NCBI GenBank assembly: GCA_039583615.1
Contig: JAVKSQ010000003.1
Location: 18,719-82,718 of the forward strand
DNA: 64,000 bases
Direction of reading: 5' to 3'
Origin: Acidimicrobiales bacterium
Lineage (GTDB): Bacteria > Actinomycetota > Acidimicrobiia > Acidimicrobiales > QHCF01
A program made the position numbers and the translations under genes. How positions within the stretch are numbered: position 1 is the first letter of the stretch; each line of letters begins with the position of its first letter. A model generated the notes under the pieces. It was not told the origin of the DNA, ran no database searches, and was given only the letters and a program-made list of their open reading frames with translations. Positions 47,039 through 56,278 of the stretch are shown in pieces.

Positions 47039-48015
47039 GGCAGGGTGACCCGCAGCGGGAGCGCCTCCACCCGGGCGGGCACCACCACCCCACCCCACGC
47101 CAGCCGGACCTCCGCCGGGGGGTCGACCTCCCGGCGCACGAAGGCCAGGGCAATGGGAGCTCGGAGCCCCGGCGACCAGGCCACGCTGGTGAGCGAGCCC
47201 ACCACCTTGGCGGTCCCCGGCTCGCCGCTGGGTCCCCCGGCCGCCGGGCGGCCGGGGCCTTCGCCCCCCACCATGATCTCGGAGCCCACGGGCGGCACCA
47301 CCTCAGCGCTCACCACCACTCCCCTCAGGCGGCGGGGCACCCGGTTGCCCCTGGCGTCGATACGAGCCACCAGCTCCTGGCCGGTGAAGCACCCCTTGGT
47401 GAAGCTCACCGTGGCGGCCACCAGGTCGGTCTCGGCCGGGATGGTCCGCTCGGTCAGCTCCGAGCCCATGCGGGCCACCCCCTCCTCCACCCGCACCGCT
47501 TCCCACGCCTCGTCGCCGCACAGGCGCACCCCGGCCGGGACCAACGGCTCCTCACCCAGGATGTCCATGCCAGCCAGGCCCGGCCATCGTACCGGCGCAA
47601 CCAGCCCGCCGGCAGCCTCCGGGCGATGCTCGCCAAGTCCGGGGCCACGCAGGCACAGGCAACGCCAAGCCAGGGCCGTCACCTCCACCTTGACTCGCAG
47701 CCGAAACCGCACCAGGCGACCCACCACCGCCTCCCCCCACCCACCTTCGGTGTCGAGGAGCACCTCGTCGTCGCCGGTGCGGGTGACGCGCACCAGTGCG
47801 TCGACCTTGCCCTGGGGGGACAAGATGAGGGACTCAGCCGACGAGCCCACGCCCAGGCCGACCACGTCCTGGCTCAGCTGGCCCTGGAGGTAGGCGATGG
47901 TGTCGGGCCCGGATACCCGGACCACGTCACGGGCCAGCCAGTGCGCCCCCACGCCGGTGCGCAGGGCCATGTAGTCGGCGACCACCTCAGGAGCCACGCC
48001 CCGGGCTGAGCTCAT
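47035..48015 (-). CDS. ygfZ: YgfZ/GcvT-like folate-binding protein
   Basis: Aminomethyltransferase-like fold and the YgfZ signature KGCFTGQELVARIDARG. The ATG at 48013-48015 overlaps the trpE stop (ATGA). Confidence 0.75.
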   Translation of the reverse strand: MSSARGVAPEVVADYMALRTGVGAHWLARDVVRVSGPDTIAYLQGQLSQDVVGLGVGSSAESLILSPQGKVDALVRVTRTGDDEVLLDTEGGWGEAVVGRLVRFRLRVKVEVTALAWRCLCLRGPGLGEHRPEAAGGLVAPVRWPGLAGMDILGEEPLVPAGVRLCGDEAWEAVRVEEGVARMGSELTERTIPAETDLVAATVSFTKGCFTGQELVARIDARGNRVPRRLRGVVVSAEVVPPVGSEIMVGGEGPGRPAAGGPSGEPGTAKVVGSLTSVAWSPGLRAPIALAFVRREVDPPAEVRLAWGGVVVPARVEALPLRVTLP

Positions 48016-49556
48016 CCGACCAGCTCCGCTCCTGCTCCGGCCAGCCCGGCCCGGGCTGCCGTCATGCGTCTTGCCCCTGGCACCGCGGCCAGCAGGGCGG
48101 CCGCCTTGTGCTGGCACTCCTGGTCCTCGCAGGCCGGGTCGCTGTCGGCCACCAATCCTGCCCCGGCCTGGACCGAGGCCCGCCCGTCCGGCCCCACCAC
48201 CATGGTGCGTATGGCGATGGCGGTGTCCAGGTTGCCAGAGAAGTCGAAATAGCCCACCACTCCCGCATACGGTCCCCGTCGGGTCGGCTCCAGGGCGTCG
48301 ATGAGCTCCATGGCCCGGACCTTGGGCGCACCCGAGACCGTGCCCGCCGGCAGGGTGGCCCGCAGCACGTCCACCGGGGTACGCCCCGGAGCCAGGCGCC
48401 CTGAGACCTGGGAGGTCATGTGCATGACGTGGCTGTAGCGCTCCAGGGTCATCAGCTCGTCTACCGTCTCGGTGCCGAAGGCGACCACCCGTCCCACGTC
48501 GTTGCGAGCCAGGTCGACCAGCATGACGTGCTCGGCCACTTCCTTGGGGTCCTCGGCCAGCTCGTCACCCAGGCGGCGGTCCTCCTCCCCGCCCTGCCCC
48601 CGGCGCCGGGTGCCGGCGATGGGCCGGGACACCACCACCTGGTCCCGGAGGCGCACCATGGGCTCCGGCGAGGAGCCCACCACCGTCACCGACGGGTGGC
48701 GCAGGAAGTACATGTAGGGGCTGGGGTTGACCTGGCGCAGCACCCGGTACACGTCGAAGGGGTCCGCGCCCAGCTCCAGGTCGAAACGCTGGGCCAGGAC
48801 CACCTGGAACGCGTCCCCTGCCACGATGTGGTCCTTGACCACCTCCACGGCCCGGCGGTAGTCCAGGCTCGACATGCTCCGGGTCACCGGCGGCAGGTCC
48901 TCGCCGGGCCGGGGCGGCTCGGCCAGGGGCTCGGAGCCGGGGGGCCGGGCCAGGTCGCCGGCCAGCTCCTCCAGGCGGCCCATCGCCTCGGACCAGGCCC
49001 GGTCCAGGTCCCGGTGGCCCCAACCCGGCTCGATGACCACGCTGTCGACCAGGTAGACGCGCTGGCGCCAGTGGTCGAAGGCGGCCAGCTGGCCGATGAC
49101 CGACAGCACCGCGTCGGGATGGCCCTGGTCGTCGGGTGGAGGGCAGGGCAGGCGCTCCACCTCCCTCACCACGTCGTAGCCGAGGTAGCCCACCACCCCT
49201 CCGTGGAGCGGCGGCAGCTGCCCGACCGCCGGCGACCGGTAGGCGGCCAGCAGCCCCTCCAGCGCACCCAGCACGCCGCCATCCACCGGCACCGTCCCGG
49301 GCAGGCGGCCCTCGACCGACAGCGTACCGGCCCGGGCCACGATGGTGGCCGACGGCCGGCGGCCCACGAACGAGAAGCGCCCCCAGCGCTCGCCTCCCTC
49401 CACCGACTCGAGCAGGAAGCCAGGCTCCTCGCCCACCACCCTCAGGAAGGCAGCCACCGGGGTGAGGGTGTCGGCCGACAGCTCCCGCCACACCGGCACC
49501 ACCGTGTGACGGCCGGCCAGCTGGCGAAATACCTCGCTACTCGACAGCACCGTCAC
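48012..49556 (-). CDS. trpE: Anthranilate synthase component I
   Basis: LLESVEGGERWGRFSFVG near the N-terminus. C-terminal chorismate-binding motifs IAGTRRRG, VMLVDLARNDVGRV, GTVSGAPKVRAMELI, GPYAGVVGY, IAIRTM. Start candidates (GTG 49556, GTG 49550, TTG 49559) all overlap the end of hisI. Confidence 0.9.
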   Translation of the reverse strand: MTVLSSSEVFRQLAGRHTVVPVWRELSADTLTPVAAFLRVVGEEPGFLLESVEGGERWGRFSFVGRRPSATIVARAGTLSVEGRLPGTVPVDGGVLGALEGLLAAYRSPAVGQLPPLHGGVVGYLGYDVVREVERLPCPPPDDQGHPDAVLSVIGQLAAFDHWRQRVYLVDSVVIEPGWGHRDLDRAWSEAMGRLEELAGDLARPPGSEPLAEPPRPGEDLPPVTRSMSSLDYRRAVEVVKDHIVAGDAFQVVLAQRFDLELGADPFDVYRVLRQVNPSPYMYFLRHPSVTVVGSSPEPMVRLRDQVVVSRPIAGTRRRGQGGEEDRRLGDELAEDPKEVAEHVMLVDLARNDVGRVVAFGTETVDELMTLERYSHVMHMTSQVSGRLAPGRTPVDVLRATLPAGTVSGAPKVRAMELIDALEPTRRGPYAGVVGYFDFSGNLDTAIAIRTMVVGPDGRASVQAGAGLVADSDPACEDQECQHKAAALLAAVPGARRMTAARAGLAGAGAELVG

Positions 49557-49974
49557 CAAAGGGGCGATGGAAGCAGCTGAACTGCCCGGTGTGGCAGGCA
49601 CCGCCGCCCTCCTGGTCGACCACCACCAGCACGGTGTCCCCGTCGCAGTCGTAGGAAGCGGCCCGCACCCACTGGCGGTTGCCGGAGGTCTCCCCCTTGC
49701 ACCAGTACTCCCGTCGGCTCCGGCTCCAGAACCAGGTCCGACCACTCTCCAGCGTGCGCCGCAAGGCGGTCTCGTCCATCCATCCCAGCATGAGGACCTC
49801 GCCACTGCCCCGGTCCTGGATGATGGCGGGCACCAATCCGTCGTCGTTGAAGGCGATCTCCGCAATATCGCCCTCTCTCACCGAAAGGGGCGTGCCCACC
49901 CACGCCATACCTGGCTCGGCGGCGGGCGCGGCGGGCCCGTCCGGGGTGGAGGCGGCAGAGACCACGGTTCGCAC
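49537..49974 (-). CDS. hisI: Phosphoribosyl-AMP cyclohydrolase
   Basis: [56 protein letters not shown]...[21 protein letters not shown]. Cyclohydrolase domain only. Start at 49974, or the ATG at 49908. Confidence 0.9.
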   Translation of the reverse strand: [145 protein letters not shown]

Positions 49975-50014
49975 GGTAGTGCCTGGGGAAGCCGTCGTGT
50001 GACACCCGGCCCCC

Positions 50015-50830
50015 TCAGGTGACAGCCGGGCGGACGGTCACCCCATGGGCGGCCAGGTGGGCCTTGGCCTCGGCCACCGTGTGCTCCCCGTAGTGGAAGA
50101 TCGACGCCGCCAGGACGGCGTCGGCACCGCCTACGGTGGCTGCCTCCACCAGATGCTCGAGCGTGCCCACCCCCCCGCTGGCCACTACCGGCACGTCGCA
50201 GGCGTCGACCACCACCCGGGTCAGCTCCAGGTCGTAGCCCGACCGGGTCCCGTCCCGGTCCATGGAGGTGACCAGCAGCTCGCCGGCGCCCAGGCGCTCG
50301 CACTCCTCGGCCCAGGCCCGCACGTCCAGGCCGGTGGGGGCGCGCCCCCCGTGGGTGTGCACCTCGAAGACCGGGCTGAGGCCAGGGGCGGCCCGGCGGG
50401 CGTCGATGGCTCCGGACACCCGGCGGGCGTCGATGGCTCCGGACACCCGGCGGGCGTCGATGGCCACCACCACGCACTGGGCCCCGAACTCGTCGGCCAG
50501 CTCGGCCACCAGGGCCGGCCGGGCCACCGCCGCGGTGTTGACCCCCACCTTGTCCGCCCCGGCTCGCAACAGGCGCCGGGCGTCGTCGACGCTGCGCACC
50601 CCGCCGCCCACGGTGAGGGGGATGAACACCTCCTCGGCCGCCCGGGCCACCACGTCGACCATGGTCTGGCGCGCCCCGGAGGAGGCGGTGATGTCCAAGA
50701 AGACCACCTCGTCAGCTCCTTCATGGTCGTAGCGGGCGGCCATCTCGGCCGGATCGCCGGCATCTCGCAGTCCCATGAAGTTGACGCCCTTGACCACCCG
50801 GCCGGCGTCCACGTCGAGGCAGGGGATCAC
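50015..50830 (-). CDS. hisF: Imidazole glycerol phosphate synthase cyclase subunit HisF (with internal 9-aa repeat expansion)
   Basis: [72 protein letters not shown]. The GTG at 50828-50830 overlaps the hisA stop (GTGA). Confidence 0.9.
   Translation of the reverse strand: MIPCLDVDAGRVVKGVNFMGLRDAGDPAEMAARYDHEGADEVVFLDITASSGARQTMVDVVARAAEEVFIPLTVGGGVRSVDDARRLLRAGADKVGVNTAAVARPALVAELADEFGAQCVVVAIDARRVSGAIDARRVSGAIDARRAAPGLSPVFEVHTHGGRAPTGLDVRAWAEECERLGAGELLVTSMDRDGTRSGYDLELTRVVVDACDVPVVASGGVGTLEHLVEAATVGGADAVLAASIFHYGEHTVAEAKAHLAAHGVTVRPAVT
50394..50464. repeat. 27-bp perfect tandem repeat, 2 full copies plus a 17-nt partial copy, inside hisF
   Basis: cggcgggcgtcgatggctccggacacc at 50394-50420 and 50421-50447, with the partial copy at 50448-50464. 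Encodes [24 protein letters not shown]. Confidence 0.92.
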
Positions 50831-51561
50831 CCGGACGCTGCGCACGCGGCCAACGCCTCCTCCACGCTCAGGCTCCCGTCGTGGATGGCCTTGCCCACGA
50901 TCGCCCCGGCCAGGCCCCGACCTCCCACCTCCAGCCCGGCCAGGGCCACCAGGTCGGCCACCGATCCCACGCCGCCGGAGGCGATCACCGCCATGGTGGT
51001 GGCGGCCAGGGCGGACGCCAGCCCGTCCAGGTCGGGACCGTCCAGGGTGCCGTCCCTGGCGATGTCGGTGACCACCACCGTTCCCGCCCCGGCCGACTCG
51101 GCCCGGCCCAGCGCCTCGCGCAGCGACTGGCCCGAGCCCTCCACCCAGCCCCGCACCGCCACCCTGCCGTCCCGATGGTCCAGGCCGACCGCCACCTGGC
51201 CGGGATATCGCTTGGCCAGGGTGGCCACCAGCGCGGGACGTTCCACCGCCGCGGTTCCCAGCACCACCCGGGCCACCCCCGCCTGGAGGAGCGCCTCGGC
51301 GCTGGCCTCGTCCCTCACCCCCCCGCCCACCTGCACCGGTACGGTCACGGCGGCGGCAATGGCAGCCACCGTGGTCCGGTTGGCCGGCTCGCCCGTGCGG
51401 GCCGCGTCCAGGTCGACGAGGTGGAGCCAGCCCGCCCCCGCCGCCACCAGCCGCCGCGCCGCGGCCACCGGGTCCCCGTAGACCGTCTCCCGGGCGTAGT
51501 CCCCCCTCACCAGGCGCACGCTGCGCCCACCCCGGATGTCGACCGCCGGGTACAGCTCCAT
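50827..51561 (-). CDS. hisA: ProFAR isomerase HisA
   Basis: [61 protein letters not shown]. The ATG shares one base with the hisH stop (TGATG). Confidence 0.9.
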   Translation of the reverse strand: MELYPAVDIRGGRSVRLVRGDYARETVYGDPVAAARRLVAAGAGWLHLVDLDAARTGEPANRTTVAAIAAAVTVPVQVGGGVRDEASAEALLQAGVARVVLGTAAVERPALVATLAKRYPGQVAVGLDHRDGRVAVRGWVEGSGQSLREALGRAESAGAGTVVVTDIARDGTLDGPDLDGLASALAATTMAVIASGGVGSVADLVALAGLEVGGRGLAGAIVGKAIHDGSLSVEEALAACAASG

Positions 51562-52172
51562 CAGCCGGCCTGGCAGGCCCGCACGAAGTTGGCCAGGGTG
51601 GCCAGGCCCACCGGCCCCGACTTCTCGGGATGGAACTGGGTCGCCCACAGCCGGCCGCGCTCGAGGGCGGCGACCACCGCCCCGCCGTAGTCGCAGGTGG
51701 CCACCGTGTCGGCCGAGCGCTCCACCGAATAGGAGTGCACGAAGTAGACCCATGCGTCCGGTCCCAGCCCGGCCAGCAGGCCGGCGCTGCGCCCGGCCGC
51801 CGGCCGCAGGCGGTTCCACTGCATCTGGGGCCGCTTGACCCTGGCCGGCAGGGCCCTCACAGTGCCGGTCAGGACGCCCAGGCCGGCAACGTCGGGCGCC
51901 TCCTCCGACTTCTCGTAGAGGACCTGCAGCCCGACGCATATCCCGAGGAAGGGCAGCTCGGCGGCAATGGCCTCCAAGGCCACCTGGTCCAGGCCGGACG
52001 CCCGCAGCGCGGCCACGCAGGGGCCGAAGGCTCCCACGCCGGGCAGCACCACCCCCGCCGCTCCCTCGGCCGCCGCCGGCTCGGTGACCAGCACGGCGTC
52101 GCCTCCCACGCGCTGAAGGGCCTTCTGGGCCGACCGGAGGTTGCCGATCCCGTAGTCCAGCACCGCGATCAT
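51561..52172 (-). CDS. hisH: Imidazole glycerol phosphate synthase glutamine amidotransferase subunit HisH
   Basis: [27 protein letters not shown], active-site GICVGLQVL, and HSY...FHPEKS. Internal ATG at 52170-52172 of the track ORF. Confidence 0.9.
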   Translation of the reverse strand: MIAVLDYGIGNLRSAQKALQRVGGDAVLVTEPAAAEGAAGVVLPGVGAFGPCVAALRASGLDQVALEAIAAELPFLGICVGLQVLYEKSEEAPDVAGLGVLTGTVRALPARVKRPQMQWNRLRPAAGRSAGLLAGLGPDAWVYFVHSYSVERSADTVATCDYGGAVVAALERGRLWATQFHPEKSGPVGLATLANFVRACQAG

Positions 52173-52176
52173 CCCC

Positions 52177-52788
52177 TTAGAGCGCGCCCTTGGTCGAGGG
52201 CACCTCCCCGCCCTCCACACGCACCGCGTCGCGCAGGGCCCGAGCCACCGCCTTGAAGGACGCCTCCAGGATGTGGTGGGTGTTGCGGCCGGCGTGCTGG
52301 CGGATGTGCAACGTGATGCCGGCGGCGGTGGCGAACGCCCGCCAGAACTCCTCGGCCAGCTGGGGCTCGAAGCCGGGCTGGCCGAGGGACACGGCATCGG
52401 CCGCCAGCTGCACCTGGTAGGCCAGGTAGGGCCGCCCAGACAAGTCGAGGGCCACCTCGACCAGGGCCTCGTCGAGGGGCAGGGCGATGGACGCGAAACG
52501 ACGTACCCCGGCCTTGTCCCCCAGGGCCTCGTCCAGGGCCTCGCCCACCACCATGCCGGTGTCCTCCACCGTGTGGTGGGCGTCGACCTCCAGGTCGCCG
52601 GTGGCCGACACGTCCAGGTCGAAGCCGCCGTGACGCCCCAACTGGGCCAGCATGTGGTCGAAGAACGGCAGCCCGGTGGCCACCTCCGCCCGGCCCGTAC
52701 CGTCCAGGACCAGGCGCACCTCGATGTCGGTCTCCCCGGTCCGCCGCCGGCACCTGGCCCGCCGGGGAGCGGCGGCTACCGCCGTCAT
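52177..52788 (-). CDS. hisB: Imidazoleglycerol-phosphate dehydratase
   Basis: RRTGETDIEVRLVLDG, GLPFFDHML, DLEVDAHHTVEDTG, NTHHILEASFKA. The ATG overlaps the hisC stop (ATGA). Confidence 0.92.
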   Translation of the reverse strand: MTAVAAAPRRARCRRRTGETDIEVRLVLDGTGRAEVATGLPFFDHMLAQLGRHGGFDLDVSATGDLEVDAHHTVEDTGMVVGEALDEALGDKAGVRRFASIALPLDEALVEVALDLSGRPYLAYQVQLAADAVSLGQPGFEPQLAEEFWRAFATAAGITLHIRQHAGRNTHHILEASFKAVARALRDAVRVEGGEVPSTKGAL

Positions 52789-53861
52789 CCCAACGCCTCC
52801 GACAAGGCAGCCAGGAAGGCGGCGTTCTCGGCCGGGGTACCCACCGTCACCCGCAGGCAGCCGGCCAGCCGGGGCCAGGAGCTGCAGTCCCGCACCAGCA
52901 CCGAGCGCTCCAGGAGGGCCCGCCAGACCTCCGACCCATCCCGGCGGCGGGGGCGGAACAGGATGAAGTTGGCGTCCGAGCGCCAGGCGTCAACCTCCAT
53001 GTGACCCAGGGCAGCGAAGAGGCGCCCGCGCTCCTCGACCAGCAGGGCCACCCTCGCCTCCATCTCCGCCTGGTAGTCGAGGGCCAGGCACCCGGCCGCC
53101 TGCTTGACCGCGTCCAGGTGGTAGGGCAGGGCGACCTGCTCCAGGACGGCCACCACCCCGGGCGGGCCCACCAGGTAACCCAGCCGGGCCGCGGCCATGG
53201 ACCACGTCTTGGAGAAGGTGCGGAGCACCACCAGCTTGTCACTCCCGGGCCGGCCGTTCCCAGCACCTACCGCCAGGGGCAGGGCCGACCATCCACAGAA
53301 CTGGCCGTAGGCCTCGTCCACCACCACCAGGCCGGGCGCCAGGTCCAGCGTTGCCTCGACCACCTGGGGAGGGTCGGCCCCGCCGCTGGGGTTGTTGGGC
53401 GAGCACAGGAAGGTGAGCTCGGGAGCGCTCTCCGAGGCCACCCGGGCCACCTCGTCCAGATCGATGGAGAAGTCATGGCCCCGCTCGCCGGTGGCCACCC
53501 CGGTGCCGGTGATCCGGGCGATGTGGGAGTGAAGGGCGTAGGTGGGCTCGAATACCGCAGCGGTTCGCCCGGGTCCCCCGAAGGCCAGCAGCAGGGCCTG
53601 GATCACCTCGTTGGACCCGTTGGCGGCGAAGACCTGCTCGGGGCCGACTCCATGGGCCCGCCCCAGGGCGCTACGCAGGGCCCACGCCCGGCGGTCCGGG
53701 TAGCGGTGGAAGGCCAGCCGGCCCAGCTCGGCCTGCAGCGCCTCCACCCAGGCCGGCGGGGGGGGCAGGGGCGACTCGTTGACATTGAGGCGCACGGCCA
53801 CCTCGACCCGGGGCGAGTGGTAGCCGGCCATGAGGGCCAGGTCGCCCCTGGGGGCGATCAC
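52785..53861 (-). CDS. hisC: Histidinol-phosphate aminotransferase
   Basis: RLNVNESPLPPP, YPD, ANGSNEVI, PNNPSG, and RTFSKTWSMAAARLGY (PLP lysine). The GTG at 53859-53861 overlaps the hisD stop (GTGA). It lies within the long track ORF 52785..54695. Confidence 0.9.
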   Translation of the reverse strand: MIAPRGDLALMAGYHSPRVEVAVRLNVNESPLPPPPAWVEALQAELGRLAFHRYPDRRAWALRSALGRAHGVGPEQVFAANGSNEVIQALLLAFGGPGRTAAVFEPTYALHSHIARITGTGVATGERGHDFSIDLDEVARVASESAPELTFLCSPNNPSGGADPPQVVEATLDLAPGLVVVDEAYGQFCGWSALPLAVGAGNGRPGSDKLVVLRTFSKTWSMAAARLGYLVGPPGVVAVLEQVALPYHLDAVKQAAGCLALDYQAEMEARVALLVEERGRLFAALGHMEVDAWRSDANFILFRPRRRDGSEVWRALLERSVLVRDCSSWPRLAGCLRVTVGTPAENAAFLAALSEALG

Positions 53862-55201
53862 CGGGTGCTCCGCACCAGGGCGGTCCGCAGCCGCACCGAC
53901 TCGGCGTGGGCGGGCAGCCCCTCCGCCTCGGCCAGGACCGCCACGTGGGGCGCCACCCTGGCCAGACCAGCACCGTCCAGGGAGACCACATGGATGCGCT
54001 TTTGGAAGTCCTCGACCCCCAGGGCGCTGGCAAAGCGGGCTGATCCCCAGGTCGGCAGCACGTGGCTGGGCCCGGCCAGATAGTCGCCCACGCTGGCCGG
54101 GGCCGAGTGGCCGGCGAAGACGGCACCGGCATGGTGCACCATGGGCACCAGGACATCGGGGTCGGCCACCATCAGCTGGAGGTGCTCGGGGGCGATGCGG
54201 TTGGCCACCGCCATGGCCGCCTCGGGGCCGTCGACCACCACCGCGTAGCCTCCGTGGGCCAGGGTCGCCTCGATGTCCGCCCGCCGGGGCGATGCCGCCA
54301 CCATCCGCTCCACCGCCTGGGATACGGCATCGGCCACCTCCTCGGACCACGTGACCAGCCAGGCCTGCCCGTCCGGGCCATGCTCGGCTTCCACGATAAG
54401 GTCCACCGCCGCCCAGTCCACCGGTGTGGTGGAGTCGGCCACCACCACCACCTCGGAGGGACCGGCGAACGAGGCCGGCACCCCGACCACCCCAGCCACC
54501 TGGCGCATGGCCAGGGAGACGTAGATGTTGCCGGGACCGGCGATCACGTCGACCGGGGGAACGGTCTCGGTCCCGTAGGCCATGGCCGCCACCGCCTGGG
54601 CGCCCCCCACCCGGTAGACCTCGCCCACCCCGGCCAGGGCGGCGGCCGCCAGGGTAGCCGCAGCCACCTGGCCGTCCGGGCCGGGCGGTACGCACATGGC
54701 CAGCTGGCCCACTCCTGCCACCGAGGCAGGCACGGCCGTCATCAGCGCCGTCGACGGATAGCAGGCCCTGCCCCCGGGGACGTAGAGGCCGGCCCGGTCG
54801 ACCGGGCGGCGCATGGTCGCCACCCGTACCCCGTCCCGCTCGGTGGGGCCCACCTCGGTCAGCTGGTGGCGGTGATGGGCCTCGATGGCCGCCCGAGACG
54901 CCTCCATGGCCTGGCGTAGAGGCGGCGGTACACCCGCCAGGGCGGCGGCCAGCTCACCAGCGGGCACTCGCAGGTCACCGTCCAGCTCCACACCGTCGAG
55001 GCGGGCCGTGTGCTCCCGCACGGCGGCGTCACCCCGCGCCGCCACGTCGGCCACGATGGCCGCCACCGCCGCCACCGGCGGCTCCCCTCCCGGGTCCCCG
55101 TACACCTCGTTTCCCGGCCTGGCTCCCCGGCCACCCAGCGCCGGGCGAGGCAGGAGAGCGCCGGGTTGAACCGCCCCCCGCAGGTCGAGTCGCTTGAGCA
55201 T
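53858..55201 (-). CDS. hisD: Histidinol dehydrogenase
   Basis: YVPGGRACYPSTALM, IAGPGNIYV, AGPSEVVVVAD, AEHGPD, PEHLQL, GDYLAGPSHVLPT. ATG at 55199-55201. The track starts 6 nt upstream at a TTG. Confidence 0.92.
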   Translation of the reverse strand: MLKRLDLRGAVQPGALLPRPALGGRGARPGNEVYGDPGGEPPVAAVAAIVADVAARGDAAVREHTARLDGVELDGDLRVPAGELAAALAGVPPPLRQAMEASRAAIEAHHRHQLTEVGPTERDGVRVATMRRPVDRAGLYVPGGRACYPSTALMTAVPASVAGVGQLAMCVPPGPDGQVAAATLAAAALAGVGEVYRVGGAQAVAAMAYGTETVPPVDVIAGPGNIYVSLAMRQVAGVVGVPASFAGPSEVVVVADSTTPVDWAAVDLIVEAEHGPDGQAWLVTWSEEVADAVSQAVERMVAASPRRADIEATLAHGGYAVVVDGPEAAMAVANRIAPEHLQLMVADPDVLVPMVHHAGAVFAGHSAPASVGDYLAGPSHVLPTWGSARFASALGVEDFQKRIHVVSLDGAGLARVAPHVAVLAEAEGLPAHAESVRLRTALVRSTR

Positions 55202-55230
55202 GGGCAAGGTGTCATCCTAATCTTGGCCGG

Positions 55231-55413
55231 TTGAGCGACCGAGCTGCCGAACTGTCCTCCCTGGCCACCGCGTTGGACGAGCTCACTCGCCGGGTCACCG
55301 CCATCGCCGACTCCTGCGCCGCGGCCGACAGCGACGAGATGGCGGCGGAGCTCTACGCCGTGGAGCGGGCGCTGGTGGATGCCCACCGCCGGTTGGTGAG
55401 GACGCTGGCTTGA
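55231..55413 (+). CDS. Small helical protein of unknown function (60 aa)
   Basis: TTG start. About 90% G/C at third codon positions by hand count. Amphipathic helical sequence (LSSLATALDELTRRVTAIAD...ELYAVERALVDAHRRLV). Followed by a strong hairpin. Confidence 0.45.
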   Translation: MSDRAAELSSLATALDELTRRVTAIADSCAAADSDEMAAELYAVERALVDAHRRLVRTLA

Positions 55414-55432
55414 CGACCCTGCCTTGACGCGC

Positions 55433-55458
55433 CGACGGCGCCCCTAAGGGCGCCGTCG
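55433..55458. terminator. Perfect 11-bp stem / 4-nt loop hairpin between the convergent small ORF and nth
   Basis: cgacggcgccc-ctaa-gggcgccgtcg. Begins 20 nt after the small-ORF stop. No U-tract. Confidence 0.55.
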
Positions 55459-55532
55459 ACGGAGCGGGCCAGACGGCGGACCCTGGCCCTGCTCGCTGGA
55501 ACCAGGTGGCGGGAACCGGTTCCGGGGCCCCA

Positions 55533-56228
55533 TCATAACCGCTGGACGAGGCGGGCCGGGCCGCCAACCCTGCCAAATTTTTGGGCGGCCGTGGGACAGA
55601 AGTCGTTGAGGAGGCAGTCTCCGCAGCGGGGGACCCTGGATCGGCACACCTGCCGGCCGTGCAGGATGAGGCGAAGGCTCAGCGCCCCCCGCTCGGCCGG
55701 AGGAACCAGTGCGTTGATGTCCCCCTCCACCTGCACCGGGTCCACCGCCGTGGTCAGGCCCAGCCGGCGGCTGACCCGGCCCACGTGGGTGTCCACCGCC
55801 AGCCCGGGCAGACCGAAGGCCACGCTACGGACCACGTTCGCCGTCTTGCGACCCACGCCGGGAAGGCTGGTCAGCGCGTCCATGGAGCTCGGCACCTGAC
55901 CATCGAAGTCGTCCTCCAGCGCCTGAGCCATGGCCTTGAGATTGCGGGCCTTGGCCCGAAAGAAGCCCGTCGGTCGGATCAGGGCCTCCAGGCCAGCCGG
56001 GTCCGACCGGGCCAAGCGTTCGGGGCTGGGGTAGGCCTGGAACAGCGCCGGCGTCACCTGGTTCACCCGCTCGTCGGTGCACTGGGCCGACAACATGGTG
56101 GCTACCAGGAGCTGAAAGGGGCCTTGGTGGACGAGGGCGCAGAGCTCCGTGGCGGAGCCGGGATGCTCGGCGGCCAGCCTGGCCACTGTCTGGCGCGCCC
56201 GCCCGGCCGGGCTGCGGGGACGGGCCAC
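55533..56228 (-). CDS. nth: Endonuclease III
   Basis: HhH-GPD (LPGVGRKTANVV, VDTHV) and the C-terminal 4Fe-4S cluster loop CRSRVPRCGDCLLNDFC. Confidence 0.92.
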   Translation of the reverse strand: MARPRSPAGRARQTVARLAAEHPGSATELCALVHQGPFQLLVATMLSAQCTDERVNQVTPALFQAYPSPERLARSDPAGLEALIRPTGFFRAKARNLKAMAQALEDDFDGQVPSSMDALTSLPGVGRKTANVVRSVAFGLPGLAVDTHVGRVSRRLGLTTAVDPVQVEGDINALVPPAERGALSLRLILHGRQVCRSRVPRCGDCLLNDFCPTAAQKFGRVGGPARLVQRL

Positions 56229-56278
56229 GGCCGCAGGCTACCGGGCACCGCCTGGGTGCCGGCACCTGTTGGCCAGGG

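Noticed and set aside
50827-51561. Calling the hisA product a bifunctional PriA (HisA/TrpF), as in many Actinobacteria.
   Set aside because: A separate, intact-looking trpF lies within the trpC-F-B-A cluster (42304..42960), so bifunctionality cannot be assumed. PriA-diagnostic residues cannot be judged reliably by eye.
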